The notes: a model not told the origin generated them from the letters alone. DNA of 64,000 bases from Candidatus Omnitrophota bacterium (GCA_015233335.1 JADFXX010000009.1:368-64367); one strand, 5' to 3'; shown: positions 43,864-53,394, numbered from the stretch's first letter. Numbers and translations: made by a program.

Positions 43864-44882
43864 GAAAGAAACTTAAAGTGCTGATGCTTTTTTACAGTCC
43901 TTATCAGAAGCCGCGGGGTTACGATTACAAGGAAGAATTTGCTGACCCTGACAATATGTATACCGAGCGCGATGTGCAGGAGGCTTTAACCAGCCTTGGT
44001 CATGAGGTGTCTTTGTTGGGTATTTTTAATGACATCACTCCTTTATTTGAGGAGGTTCGTGAAAGACGTCCGGACATTATTTTCAATATGATGGAAGTTT
44101 TTAACGACCAGACCCAGCTGGAAAAAAATATGGCGGCAGTGCTGGAAATTCTTGATATCCCTTATACCGGGGCTTCCTCAGGCAACATGTTCGTCTGCAA
44201 TAATAAAGCCTTGAGTAAAAAGATATTCACCTTTCATCATATTAAAGTGTCCAGGTTTCATACCTATGATCGCGGAAAGCGCGTGGGGGTGACCGCCCGT
44301 CTTAAATTGCCGGCGGTGATCAAACCTTTGTGTGAGGAAGCCTCCAGGGGCATTTCACAGGCATCGATCGTTGATAACCCGCAGGGATTTGCCGAACGTA
44401 TTAAATTCATCCATGAAAGCATGCAAATGGATGCTATTGCTGAGGAATACATCGAGGGCAGGGAATTGTATGTGGGGGTCTTGGGGCACAAGCAGATCAC
44501 CGTATTGCCGCCCCGGGAAATGATCTTTGGTAATATGCCCGAGGGAGAGCCCCGGATCGCTACCTACAAAGCCAAATGGGATGACGCATACCGTAAAAAA
44601 TGGGGAATTAAAAGCACCTCGGCCTTGACTCTGCCTGAAGGCTGGCAAAAAAACATTGATGATGTCTGCCGCCGGGCATACCGGGCATTGGACCTTGACA
44701 GCTATGTCCGTTTTGACATCCGTGTCACACAAGGAGGGGATGTTTATATTATTGAGCCTAATGCCAACCCCTGTATCGCGAAGATCGATGAAATGGCTCA
44801 GGCTGCCCTGAAAGCAGGGATCAGTTATGAGGATTTGATCCAGAAAGTATTGGATTTAGGCTTGAGAAGGTCTGGGGAGTAG
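43860..44882 (+). CDS. ATP-grasp enzyme, D-Ala-D-Ala-ligase-like
   Basis: LPAVIKPLCEEASRGIS, EEYIEGRELYVGVLG and VYIIEPNANPC. ATGA overlap with the upstream gene. Confidence 0.75.
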   Translation: MRKKLKVLMLFYSPYQKPRGYDYKEEFADPDNMYTERDVQEALTSLGHEVSLLGIFNDITPLFEEVRERRPDIIFNMMEVFNDQTQLEKNMAAVLEILDIPYTGASSGNMFVCNNKALSKKIFTFHHIKVSRFHTYDRGKRVGVTARLKLPAVIKPLCEEASRGISQASIVDNPQGFAERIKFIHESMQMDAIAEEYIEGRELYVGVLGHKQITVLPPREMIFGNMPEGEPRIATYKAKWDDAYRKKWGIKSTSALTLPEGWQKNIDDVCRRAYRALDLDSYVRFDIRVTQGGDVYIIEPNANPCIAKIDEMAQAALKAGISYEDLIQKVLDLGLRRSGE

Positions 44883-44918
44883 TTGTGGGCTAGTGCCGTG
44901 GTGGATGATTAATAAGAA

Positions 44919-45704
44919 ATGAGTGTGATTATGAAATTGATTAAGCCGCTGGTGGTTTTGGATTTGGAGACGACTGGCATATGGATTGAAAAAGACAGGA
45001 TTATCGAGATCGGTATGATTAAGTTAAACGTGGACGGCCAACAGGAGACATTCAACACTAAGGTCAACCCCGGCATGCCTATACCGCCGGTGGTCACTGA
45101 ATTGACCGGTATATCCGACCTGGATGTTAAAGATGCTCCCAGCTTTGGCGCCATTGCTTCTCGTGTGAAGAGTTTTATCGAGGGCGCTGATATAGGCGGT
45201 TTTAATGTAGAACGTTTCGACCTGCCTTTATTGGCCCGGGAATTCCTTGATGCGGGAGTTGCTTTTGATTATTCCAGCTCAACCATCTATGATGCCCAGA
45301 AAATTTATCATGTGCATGAACGCCGCGATCTTTTTGCCGCGTTCGCTTTTTACTGCCATCAGGAACTAAAATCTGCCCATTCGGCCCTCGCGGATTCAAA
45401 AGCGACGCTTGATATTTTACAGGAACAATTAAAACGTTACGGAAATTCTCGTGAGGACATTGAAGCTCTTAAGGAGTTTGATTATAAACAATCGAGTGAA
45501 TTTTTTGATCATGAACGCAAATTCCGCTGGTGGAACGGAGAGTTGTATATGACCTTCGGTAAATATGCCAAGAAAGAATCTTTAAAAGTCATAGCTAAGA
45601 AAGATCCGCATTATTTAGAATGGGTTTTGGATCGGGATTTCAGTGATGAAGTTAAGTCGATGATCCAGGGGGTTCTCAATGGAGAGCATCCTAAACAGGT
45701 CTGA
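44919..45704 (+). CDS. DEDDh 3'-5' exonuclease (DnaQ-like) with C-terminal extension
   Basis: VVLDLETTG (Exo I) and HSALADS (Exo III). Confidence 0.75.
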   Translation: MSVIMKLIKPLVVLDLETTGIWIEKDRIIEIGMIKLNVDGQQETFNTKVNPGMPIPPVVTELTGISDLDVKDAPSFGAIASRVKSFIEGADIGGFNVERFDLPLLAREFLDAGVAFDYSSSTIYDAQKIYHVHERRDLFAAFAFYCHQELKSAHSALADSKATLDILQEQLKRYGNSREDIEALKEFDYKQSSEFFDHERKFRWWNGELYMTFGKYAKKESLKVIAKKDPHYLEWVLDRDFSDEVKSMIQGVLNGEHPKQV

Positions 45705-45806
45705 GTAATCTTTTTTGATAATAAACAGAAAAATGTTTGAGATAATTTTGCTTTTCATGATAAAATAAAAAAAATAAGAATATTTAAAAAGATAGATTCT
45801 ATTTTA

Positions 45807-46283
45807 ATGGCACCCAATCAATTTAAAAATTCCTGGTTGATCATCCTTTTAATTTCGGCAGGGGTGGTCATTTTTTTCTTAAGTTCAAAACAGAGCAGGC
45901 CTCCTGAGGAAAGGGGCGTTGTTCTGCGAGATATTTTTCATCAACAAACCCTCAAAATTAAGTCTGGACCGTCGGTGCCTCTTCCTAAAAAAGCTGATCC
46001 GGTCCCGCCTATGGGGATTGTCACCAGCCCTGAAGGCGGCCAGGAGGCAGGTTTTGCCATTCAAGTGTATTCTTTCCAAGACAGAAACAGGGCCCAAGCG
46101 GCCTTATTATCATTGAAAAACAGCGGTTACCGTGCCTTTATGGTCGTCAGTGACTTAGGGGAAAAAGGTGTTTGGTACAGGGTGCGTATCGGCGGTATTC
46201 CGGATGAGGCTTCGGCCAAGAAAATGCTCGCAGATATCCGTCGCAACTACAATAGCGGGTTTATTCTTAAGACTAAAGATTGA
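45807..46283 (+). CDS. SPOR domain protein (membrane-anchored)
   Basis: N-terminal TM helix, with C-terminal GFAIQVYSFQDRNRAQAALLSLKNSGYRAFMV...WYRVRIGG. Confidence 0.75.
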   Translation: MAPNQFKNSWLIILLISAGVVIFFLSSKQSRPPEERGVVLRDIFHQQTLKIKSGPSVPLPKKADPVPPMGIVTSPEGGQEAGFAIQVYSFQDRNRAQAALLSLKNSGYRAFMVVSDLGEKGVWYRVRIGGIPDEASAKKMLADIRRNYNSGFILKTKD

Positions 46284-46286
46284 AAT

Positions 46287-46664
46287 ATGAAAATTCTTGT
46301 CATTGATGACTCTCTTCTTGACCGTAAGCTTTTGATACGTATTTTAATGAAAGCCGAGATCTCTCAGGAAATCCTTCAGGCTGAAGATGGAGAGCAGGCG
46401 ATGGAGGTGCTGGCGGGCAATTACAGGGACATTTGTGTGGTATTATTAGATTGGCAGATGCCTAAAGTTTCTGGGATAGAGTTAATGGCCGGAATGGTTA
46501 AAATCCCGGAATTAGCAGCTTTACCTATCGTCATGGTCACCGCTTCAGGCTCCGATGAGAACAAACGGTTGGCTCATCAGGTCAACCCTCAGTTGGCAGG
46601 ATATGTGGTCAAGCCGTATAAGCCTGATGAGCTCATCGCCGCTATAAAACCTTATTTAAAGTAG
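46287..46664 (+). CDS. single-domain response regulator (CheY-like receiver)
   Basis: ILVIDDS...VLLDWQMP...MVTA...KPY. Confidence 0.85.
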   Translation: MKILVIDDSLLDRKLLIRILMKAEISQEILQAEDGEQAMEVLAGNYRDICVVLLDWQMPKVSGIELMAGMVKIPELAALPIVMVTASGSDENKRLAHQVNPQLAGYVVKPYKPDELIAAIKPYLK

Positions 46665-46693
46665 CATGAGGCCTGCAGTGAGGAGGATGCTTA

Positions 46694-47347
46694 GTGCAGG
46701 AAAATAACAACGCTCCTTTGGACTTAAATAAATTTAAAGAGATCGTTCGACAGGAAAGCGCACGTCTGACCAAGAATCCTGTTGCTGATAATAGTGAGGC
46801 CGCCTTCACCCTGGCTTTGGCTCTGTCTGCTGCTGTTAAAAAGATTTTTTACGAGAAATCAGCTGGGAAATTTTCAGATGAGCCGCAATTGGAAAAAAAA
46901 CTCGTCACTCAGTTTGTCGATAAAATGCGCGTTGATGCCATGGAGAAGTTCAATGCCACGACCGTTTTCTCTTCCGTTGAGTTTGCCGCCAATGAGGAAG
47001 CCTTAAAGCGTAAGGAATATTTGCTGACCTTGGTTGTATATCTCGACAAACAGTTTCTTCCCGATTTTCTGCGTTTGTTGCAATACCCTTATATCGATTC
47101 TGATGATGAGAAAGAGATCAAAGACGGCTGCGGGACGCTGGTCAACCTTATTGCCGGACAGTATAAAAGAGAAATGGTGGTTTTAAGGCATGAAGATCTG
47201 GCCATGTCTAATTTCGGAAGCTATATTAATTCGGTAGCGGATGGGCTTAATATTCCTAAAGACTCCGCAGGGAAATATGAGATCAGCTTTGAAGTTGATG
47301 GGGTCAAGCGATTAGTCGTCGAAGTGGTTCCTTCCGTTAAGCTCTAA
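46694..47347 (+). CDS. CheX/CheC-like-domain protein (tentative), paralog A
   Basis: DGCGTLVNLIAGQYKREM resembles the CheX E..N.iaG motif. Strongly similar to the N-terminal 190 aa of the next gene. GTG start. Confidence 0.5.
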   Translation: MQENNNAPLDLNKFKEIVRQESARLTKNPVADNSEAAFTLALALSAAVKKIFYEKSAGKFSDEPQLEKKLVTQFVDKMRVDAMEKFNATTVFSSVEFAANEEALKRKEYLLTLVVYLDKQFLPDFLRLLQYPYIDSDDEKEIKDGCGTLVNLIAGQYKREMVVLRHEDLAMSNFGSYINSVADGLNIPKDSAGKYEISFEVDGVKRLVVEVVPSVKL

Positions 47348-47400
47348 TAATAAGCAATGATAACCATTTTGGATGTGTAAACGGATTTAAGTAAGATTAA

Positions 47401-47448
47401 GGCCCCTGACTGACGGTAACGTCGAAGCGTCAGGGGCCAGTAAGGAGA
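47401..47448 (+). repeat. 48-nt SD-adjacent leader element, copy 2
   Basis: GGCCCCTGACTGACGGTAACGTCGAAGCGTCAGGGGCCAGTAAGGAGA has a perfect 10-bp outer stem and an inner GACG-GTAA-CGTC hairpin. It ends in the SD for the GTG at 47455. Confidence 0.65.
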
Positions 47449-47454
47449 AAATCT

Positions 47455-48402
47455 GTGCAGGGGGCAAATAGCAATAGCGCGTACACGTTGGCCTCGACCC
47501 TTTCGACTGCAGTCAAAAAAGTCTTTTATGAGAAGTCAGGAACGAAATTCTCCAGCGTACCGAAATTAAGGAAAAAGCTCATTGTCCAGTACGATGATAA
47601 AATGCGTATCGACGCAATGGAGAAGTTTAATGCCCCCACTGTCTTTTCCGTGCTTGAGTTTGCCGCCAATGAGGAGGCTTTAAATCGACAGGAATATGTG
47701 CTGACGCTGATTGTTTATCTGGACAGGGAATATCTTGCGGAACTCTTACGCCTTCTGCAATATCCTTATATTGATTCTGATGATGAAAAGGAACTCAAGG
47801 ACGGTTGCGGGACACTGGTCAACCTTATCGGCGGACAGTATAAAAGAGAAATGGCGGCCGTGGGGCATGAAGATCTGGCGATGTCACATTTCAGGAGTTA
47901 TATTAACTCGGCGGGGGAGGGGCTTGAATTTCCAAGCGGATCAACGGACAAATATGAGATCAGCTTTGATATAGAGGATGTCAAACGTATAGTTGTGGAG
48001 GTGATTGCCCCTGCATGGCTCCAAAAACAGCATGCAAGAAGGAAAAGGATGCCTAAAAGGGTATTGGTCATTGACGATGACCGGATCCTTATCAAAACCG
48101 TCGAGCCTTTATTGCGGTCTCAGGGTTTTGAGGTGTTGGCGGCCCGAGACGGAAAAGAAGGGATGAGTAAATTAAAAGAAAAGCCTCATTTAATTATCCT
48201 CGACTTGCAGATGCCCAACATGAATGGGTACGAATTTATTTTGGAGATGCAAAAAAGGGCGGGATCTTCCCGTGTGCCTATTGTCATATTAACTGCCAAG
48301 GAAGGGATGGAAGATACGGTTATGGTGGAAGGGGTCAAAGAGTATCTGACTAAACCTTTTGTGCCGGCCACTTTTCTTAATAGTATCCTTAGGCATATTT
48401 GA
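47455..48402 (+). CDS. CheX-like domain (paralog B) fused to a C-terminal receiver domain
   Basis: The N-terminal 190 aa are paralogous to 46694-47347. C-terminal VLVIDDD...IILDLQMP...ILTAK...KPF. Confidence 0.65.
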   Translation: MQGANSNSAYTLASTLSTAVKKVFYEKSGTKFSSVPKLRKKLIVQYDDKMRIDAMEKFNAPTVFSVLEFAANEEALNRQEYVLTLIVYLDREYLAELLRLLQYPYIDSDDEKELKDGCGTLVNLIGGQYKREMAAVGHEDLAMSHFRSYINSAGEGLEFPSGSTDKYEISFDIEDVKRIVVEVIAPAWLQKQHARRKRMPKRVLVIDDDRILIKTVEPLLRSQGFEVLAARDGKEGMSKLKEKPHLIILDLQMPNMNGYEFILEMQKRAGSSRVPIVILTAKEGMEDTVMVEGVKEYLTKPFVPATFLNSILRHI

Positions 48403-48435
48403 AATGTGGTTTTTAATAAATAGGGGATAAATAAA

Positions 48436-50082
48436 ATGTCAACGACCAATATGGAAGAGAACATGAACGTAAAGTCGGTGCTAAACACTTTGGGGATAAC
48501 CCGGGTTGAAACAATTTACTACAATCTTTCTTTTGACGAACTTTTTTCTCATGAAACGGACCCTTCGCTGGTGGGTTATGAGAGAGGGCAGGTTTCATCC
48601 CTTGGTGCGGTGGCTGTGGACACAGGAAAATTCACCGGCCGCTCGCCTAAGGATAAGTATATTGTCATGGATGAGACAACCAAGGAAACAGTTTGGTGGG
48701 CAGATGGCAAATCTTCCGGGTCCGATAATAAGCCCATCCATAAAGAAGCGTGGGAACATCTTAAAGGCTTGTCCGTCAAGCAGTTAAACGGCAAAAAATT
48801 GTACGTCATGGATGGTTTTTGCGGGGCCAACAAGGATACCCGCATCAATGTGCGTTTAGTGACCGAAGTTGCCTGGATGGCCCATTTTTTTAAAAATATG
48901 TTTATCCGTCCGACTCAGGAGGAATTAAAAACTTTTAAGCCGGACTGGACTATTCTTAATGCCTGCAAGACGACTTGTGCTGATTTTTCCAAGTACGGCA
49001 TGCGCTCTGAGGTTTTCGTCGCTTTTAATATCACCGAACGCATGACAGTGATAGGCGGCAGCTGGTATGGCGGTGAGATCAAAAAGGGCATTTTTTCGAT
49101 CATGAATTACTTTTTGCCTTTAAAAGGCATTGGGTCCTTTCATTGTTCGGCAAACAGGGGAGAAAATCAGGATACAGCTTTATTTTTTGGACTATCAGGC
49201 ACAGGTAAAACGACCCTTTCGACCGATCCCAAGCGGGCCCTGATCGGTGATGATGAGCATGGCTGGGATAACAACGGAGTTTTTAATTTTGAAGGCGGCT
49301 GTTATGCCAAATGCATTGGACTGACCCCTCAACGGGAACCCGAGGTCTATGCCGCCATCAGGCGTAATGCGCTTCTTGAAAATGTCGATATTGATGAAAA
49401 AGGGATAATCAATTTTGCCTCCCAGAAAAAAACGGAAAATACCCGGGTTTCCTATCCGATGGACCATATTGAAAATATTGTTAATCCGGTATATAAAGGC
49501 AAGCATCCTTCCAAGATTATATTTTTAGCCTGTGATGCATACGGAGTGCTTCCGCCGGTGGCCAAATTGACTAAAGAACAGGCCATGTATCACTATTTAA
49601 GCGGTTATACCGCAAAAGTAGCCGGGACTGAGCTTGGAATCAAAGAGCCGCAGGCGACTTTTTCCGCTTGTTTTGGCAAAGCCTTTTTAATGGTGCATCC
49701 CACCCTGTATGCCCAGATCTTGGCCCAAAAAATGCAGGAACACCGCTCTTCGGCCTATCTTATCAATACCGGGTGGATTTCCGGTTCTTATGGGGTAGGG
49801 TATCGTATCCCTTTAAAGGACAACCGTCTTGCTGTGGACGCTATTTTAGACGGCAGACTTGATAAAAGCGAATTTGAAACCTTGCCGGTTTTTAATTTGC
49901 AGATTCCTAAACATATTAATGGGGTGGACGATAAAACGTTAAACCCGCGGAATTTATGGAAAGATAAAAACGCTTATGACGCCACCGCACGTAAGCTTGG
50001 AGGGTTGTTCATCGATAATTTCAAGCTTTTTACCGATACACCTATCGGAAAAGGCTTAGTTAGCGCAGGCCCTCAGGTTTAA
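48436..50082 (+). CDS. pckA: phosphoenolpyruvate carboxykinase (ATP)
   Basis: [11 protein letters not shown] kinase-1a motif, IGDDEHGW, and 548 aa. Confidence 0.92.
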   Translation: MSTTNMEENMNVKSVLNTLGITRVETIYYNLSFDELFSHETDPSLVGYERGQVSSLGAVAVDTGKFTGRSPKDKYIVMDETTKETVWWADGKSSGSDNKPIHKEAWEHLKGLSVKQLNGKKLYVMDGFCGANKDTRINVRLVTEVAWMAHFFKNMFIRPTQEELKTFKPDWTILNACKTTCADFSKYGMRSEVFVAFNITERMTVIGGSWYGGEIKKGIFSIMNYFLPLKGIGSFHCSANRGENQDTALFFGLSGTGKTTLSTDPKRALIGDDEHGWDNNGVFNFEGGCYAKCIGLTPQREPEVYAAIRRNALLENVDIDEKGIINFASQKKTENTRVSYPMDHIENIVNPVYKGKHPSKIIFLACDAYGVLPPVAKLTKEQAMYHYLSGYTAKVAGTELGIKEPQATFSACFGKAFLMVHPTLYAQILAQKMQEHRSSAYLINTGWISGSYGVGYRIPLKDNRLAVDAILDGRLDKSEFETLPVFNLQIPKHINGVDDKTLNPRNLWKDKNAYDATARKLGGLFIDNFKLFTDTPIGKGLVSAGPQV

Positions 50083-50102
50083 GCCGTCTAAGTAGCTTTG
50101 CG

Positions 50103-50132
50103 AGGAAGGATGAATAGCTATTCATCCTTCCT
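50103..50132 (+). terminator. hairpin after pckA
   Basis: GGAAGGATGAATA / TATTCATCCTTCC perfect stem; no T-tract. Confidence 0.4.
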
Positions 50133-50173
50133 AATAGACTTGAGTTAAATCGTTTTATTAGTGAGTAGAGAAT

Positions 50174-50767
50174 ATGCTGAACGATATTTTGCTAGTTTTT
50201 ATCCCCATGTTTTTTACAGTCGACCCTATAGGGATATTACCGGTGTTTGTGTCTTTGACCCAAGGCCTCACAAGCGCTCAGAAACGCGAAATCATTATCC
50301 AGTCGCTTATCACAGCGAGTCTGGTTGCGGTGGGATTTATTTTTTTAGGCAAGGTCATTTTTCATTTGTTGGGCATCACCATGGGGGATTTTATGGTGGC
50401 CGGAGGGGTCATTCTCTTTTGCCTTGCCATGGTGGATTTGACCGCCCAGGGCAAGACACGCCGGGGTGACAGCAAAGAGCTGGGAGCCGTGCCTATTGGG
50501 ACTCCGCTCATTGTCGGTCCTGCAGTGCTGACGATTTCATTAATGCTAGTCAGCGTGCGCGGCCTTTTTCCTACACTTGTGGCCGTGTTTCTTAACATAG
50601 CGATCGTAGGCATAGTCTTTATCTATTCTGACGCCCTCATGCGTTTTTTAGGAAAATCCGGCTCCCGCGCTTTGTCTAAAGTGATGATGCTTCTCTTGGC
50701 AGCCATCGGGGTCATGATGGTCCGGCGCGGCATTATTGAAATTATGAGCGGCCGCAATCTTTATTAA
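50174..50767 (+). CDS. MarC-family (UPF0056) membrane protein
   Basis: FIPMFFTVDPIGILPVFVSLT and six helices. Confidence 0.8.
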   Translation: MLNDILLVFIPMFFTVDPIGILPVFVSLTQGLTSAQKREIIIQSLITASLVAVGFIFLGKVIFHLLGITMGDFMVAGGVILFCLAMVDLTAQGKTRRGDSKELGAVPIGTPLIVGPAVLTISLMLVSVRGLFPTLVAVFLNIAIVGIVFIYSDALMRFLGKSGSRALSKVMMLLLAAIGVMMVRRGIIEIMSGRNLY

Positions 50768-50785
50768 TCCTTCTGATCTCTTATT

Positions 50786-52027
50786 ATGCACTGGTCTAAA
50801 AGGCTTATAACATCCATTTTTATGACGGTGATCTCTATTGTACTGCTTTTTAGTGCGACCGTTGTTTATTTTATCGTGACACCGCTAGGGGGCAAGATAC
50901 TGGTGCGCTATTTTTTGCAGGAGTATGCATCCTTGGCCCTGATGCATGTGGGGCATTATCAGGGGACTCTCCACGAGGGGATTGTGCTTAAAGACGTAAC
51001 AGCTCGTGGCTTGCCATATTTGCCGGGTACGCTTGTGCGTATTCAACAGATCCGCGTGCAGCTTCCGTTATGGGACTGGCAGCATTCTGATGTGGATTTC
51101 CTCAACGCCCGTATTTTTATTCCCGGCTGTGACACCATTGTTTTTACCGGTCGGGTCTACGCGGGAGAGATCAACGGAAATCTTTATGCCAAATCTGTGG
51201 ACCTTCATGCGGCGGCCCGTTTCTGGATGAATGAGGATTTTAAACAAAACTTGCAGGGCTTTGTTTCCAATGTCGATGTTACTTTACAGGGGCCCCTGTT
51301 AACGCCTAAGGCTGTCGGCCATTTTATGGCGGATGGCATACGGTATAGATCAATATACTGGGCGGACGGTTTAGTCCAGATGAATTTGACCCTAATGCCT
51401 TCTCAAGAAAGTTTTCAAATGAAAGGCGAAGCTGTTTTGGACTCAGGATTGCTAATCGTGAGGGGAATCAACCTGAAGTTAACGAAAAGTAAGGTCTATT
51501 TTCAGGGAGATATTTTAAATCCCCGGATAGATATTCATGCCGGATCAAAGGTGGAGGACACGGATATTCATTTAGCGCTCAAAGGGACGGTGGAGCTGCC
51601 GGCGTTGATTGTAACCTCAGACCCTCCTTTAGCTCCCCAGGCGGCCTTACAAATGTTATTTACAGACAATGCTTGGTCTGTCCCCTCGTCATCAGGGATT
51701 AAAGGTTCGTTGTCCGGTGAGTTGGCCAGTGATTTTTTAAACTATTCAATGGGGGATAATAATGAGCAAAGGCTTGGTTTGAAAAAAAAGTTGACCGAGA
51801 AGCTAAAGCTTGGGGTTGAGATGGACCAAATTTCGCCTTCATTACCCAGCGAGACCTCGGTTTATTATTCCCGTAAGATCGAAGGGGAAATGGATTTAAG
51901 TAATCATTTAAGCTTGAATATTTCCCAACAGGTCCTACCTCAGGAGAGAGGGGCGAACCCAACGTCTCAGGAGTCCCAGCAAGAATCAGAGACGCAGATC
52001 TATTTGGAGTATAAAAAAAGGTTTTAG
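50786..52027 (+). CDS. membrane-anchored beta-rich protein (possibly TamB/AsmA-like)
   Basis: N-terminal TM helix, repetitive beta pattern, C-terminal ...YLEYKKRF. Confidence 0.4.
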   Translation: MHWSKRLITSIFMTVISIVLLFSATVVYFIVTPLGGKILVRYFLQEYASLALMHVGHYQGTLHEGIVLKDVTARGLPYLPGTLVRIQQIRVQLPLWDWQHSDVDFLNARIFIPGCDTIVFTGRVYAGEINGNLYAKSVDLHAAARFWMNEDFKQNLQGFVSNVDVTLQGPLLTPKAVGHFMADGIRYRSIYWADGLVQMNLTLMPSQESFQMKGEAVLDSGLLIVRGINLKLTKSKVYFQGDILNPRIDIHAGSKVEDTDIHLALKGTVELPALIVTSDPPLAPQAALQMLFTDNAWSVPSSSGIKGSLSGELASDFLNYSMGDNNEQRLGLKKKLTEKLKLGVEMDQISPSLPSETSVYYSRKIEGEMDLSNHLSLNISQQVLPQERGANPTSQESQQESETQIYLEYKKRF

Positions 52028-52138
52028 TGAAAATCAATAGTCAAAACAGAGTTCTTGCGCTACAATGCTCTCTTTGATGCGAACAATGAACGGTCTTCTA
52101 ACAGGCCCCCCGCGTGGGGTTTACAAAGTGAGGGTTTT

Positions 52139-52645
52139 ATGAAAAAATTTTTAGTAGGTGGGTTGGTGTTGGCCGCGATTTGCATGATGAGCTTAAGCGT
52201 ATATGCGGATGATCCTGTTATTGGGGCCGGAAAGAAAGTAACCTTAGACTATACACTCTTTGTTGATAATAATCAGATAGAAACTTCAGTAGGTAAGGCC
52301 CCGTTGACCTATGTGGTTGGCAGCCGTATGATCATCCCCGGCCTGGAAGCCCAATTAAACGGCATGCGTATTAAGGAAGAAAAGGTCATTAAGGTTGTGG
52401 CTAAAGAGGCGTATGGTGAGCTAGATCCTAAGGCGTATAAAGATTTCCCTAAAACCTCTTTACCTAGTACTATAGAGCCCAAGGTGGGTTTGGTGCTTCA
52501 GGCAACTGCTCCGGATGGTTCAAAGTTTCCAGCTACGATTTCGGCTATTAAAGATGACAAGGTGACCTTAAATTTTAACCATCCTTTGGCAGGCAAGGAC
52601 CTTACATTTAATGTGAAGATTCTGAAAATAGAAAATGGCCGTTAA
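52139..52645 (+). CDS. FKBP-type peptidyl-prolyl isomerase (SlyD-like fold, exported)
   Basis: Signal peptide MKKFLVGGLVLAAICMMSLSVYA, with GKKVTLDYTL...IIPGLEAQLNGM...NHPLAGKDLTFNVKIL. Confidence 0.8.
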   Translation: MKKFLVGGLVLAAICMMSLSVYADDPVIGAGKKVTLDYTLFVDNNQIETSVGKAPLTYVVGSRMIIPGLEAQLNGMRIKEEKVIKVVAKEAYGELDPKAYKDFPKTSLPSTIEPKVGLVLQATAPDGSKFPATISAIKDDKVTLNFNHPLAGKDLTFNVKILKIENGR

Positions 52646-53084
52646 AAAAGAAGAAATCAGGCGAATATTAAGGGATATCAAGATAAAACAGGTGATGGCC
52701 TCCCCGGTCATCACCGTTCATGAGGATGATGACTTTGCCCTGGTACAGGAAAAGATAGCTTTATATGATATCCGCCATTTACCGGTGGTTAACGAGACAG
52801 GCAGCATTGTTGGGATCATTAGCCAGCGGGATTTATACCAAATTCACTCTCCCAGACGCCTGGAAGATGGCAGCTGGTATTATGATAAGGAAGCTCTGAA
52901 CCAGTTTTTGCTTAAGAATCTCATGCATGAGAAGCCATTTACCATGAAACCGGACAATTCCTTATTTGAGGCCATTGAGGCCACTATCAGCTTCAAATTC
53001 GGCTGTATCCCTATTGTAGATGATTATAAGAAGCCCTGCGGCATTCTCACCCGTGACACGATGCTCAAATTTCTTATTGGGTAG
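52635..53084 (+). CDS. CBS-pair domain protein
   Basis: Two CBS motifs (HLPVVNETGSIVGIISQRDL; CIPIVDDYKKPCGILTRDTM). Confidence 0.8.
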   Translation: MAVKKEEIRRILRDIKIKQVMASPVITVHEDDDFALVQEKIALYDIRHLPVVNETGSIVGIISQRDLYQIHSPRRLEDGSWYYDKEALNQFLLKNLMHEKPFTMKPDNSLFEAIEATISFKFGCIPIVDDYKKPCGILTRDTMLKFLIG

Positions 53085-53134
53085 ATCCTCAAGAATGCTC
53101 ATATGTGCAGTTTTTTCAATATGTTATATTAAAT

Positions 53135-53298
53135 ATCATCCTAAGGAAAGTTCTCCCTGTCATCCTAAGCGAACTCTTTTTGTCATCCTGAGCGAACTAT
53201 TCTTGTCATCCTGAGCGAACTCTTTTTGTCATCCTGAGCGAAGCGAAGGATCATAAGATATCTTAAGATTCTTCATCACAATCGTTCCTCAGAATGAC
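53135..53298 (+). repeat. 23-nt tandem array of GTCATCCTGAGCGAA-type arms closed by one inverted arm
   Basis: Units lie at 53159, 53182, 53205 and 53228, plus a degenerate unit at 53135. The loop contains TAAGATATCTTA, and the inverted arm GATTCTTC...CCTCAGAATGAC lies at 53267-53298. Confidence 0.8.
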
Positions 53299-53365
53299 AA
53301 CAGCCTAACAAGGAAAGCGCTTGCTTTGACCATAATCCAATTATTAAAATTTTCTTAAATTTCCT

Positions 53366-53394
53366 TGACAGAAGCCTTTGCTCATGGCAAAATA
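53366..53394 (+). promoter_or_regulatory. candidate promoter of the porin-like gene (about 190-nt leader)
   Basis: TTGACA, 17-nt spacer, CAAAAT. Confidence 0.3.

Noticed and set aside
50161-50469. 102-aa ORF overlapping marC in another frame
   Set aside because: The MarC frame shows the family signature and TM pattern. The alternative frame is Gly/Arg/His-rich junk.
52055-52138. N-terminal extension of the FKBP ORF (and similarly 22158-22226)
   Set aside because: In each case an internal Met is followed by a classical signal peptide, and the upstream residues have no coding character.
53020-53214. 64-aa ORF across the CBS gene end and the repeat array
   Set aside because: It is an artefact of the tandem repeat (repeated SS/CHPK-type peptide), out of frame with the CBS gene.
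53135-53252. Possible CRISPR array
   Set aside because: The 23-nt units are directly abutting with no spacers, and the array is closed by an inverted arm. It is a palindromic-repeat derivative, not a CRISPR.
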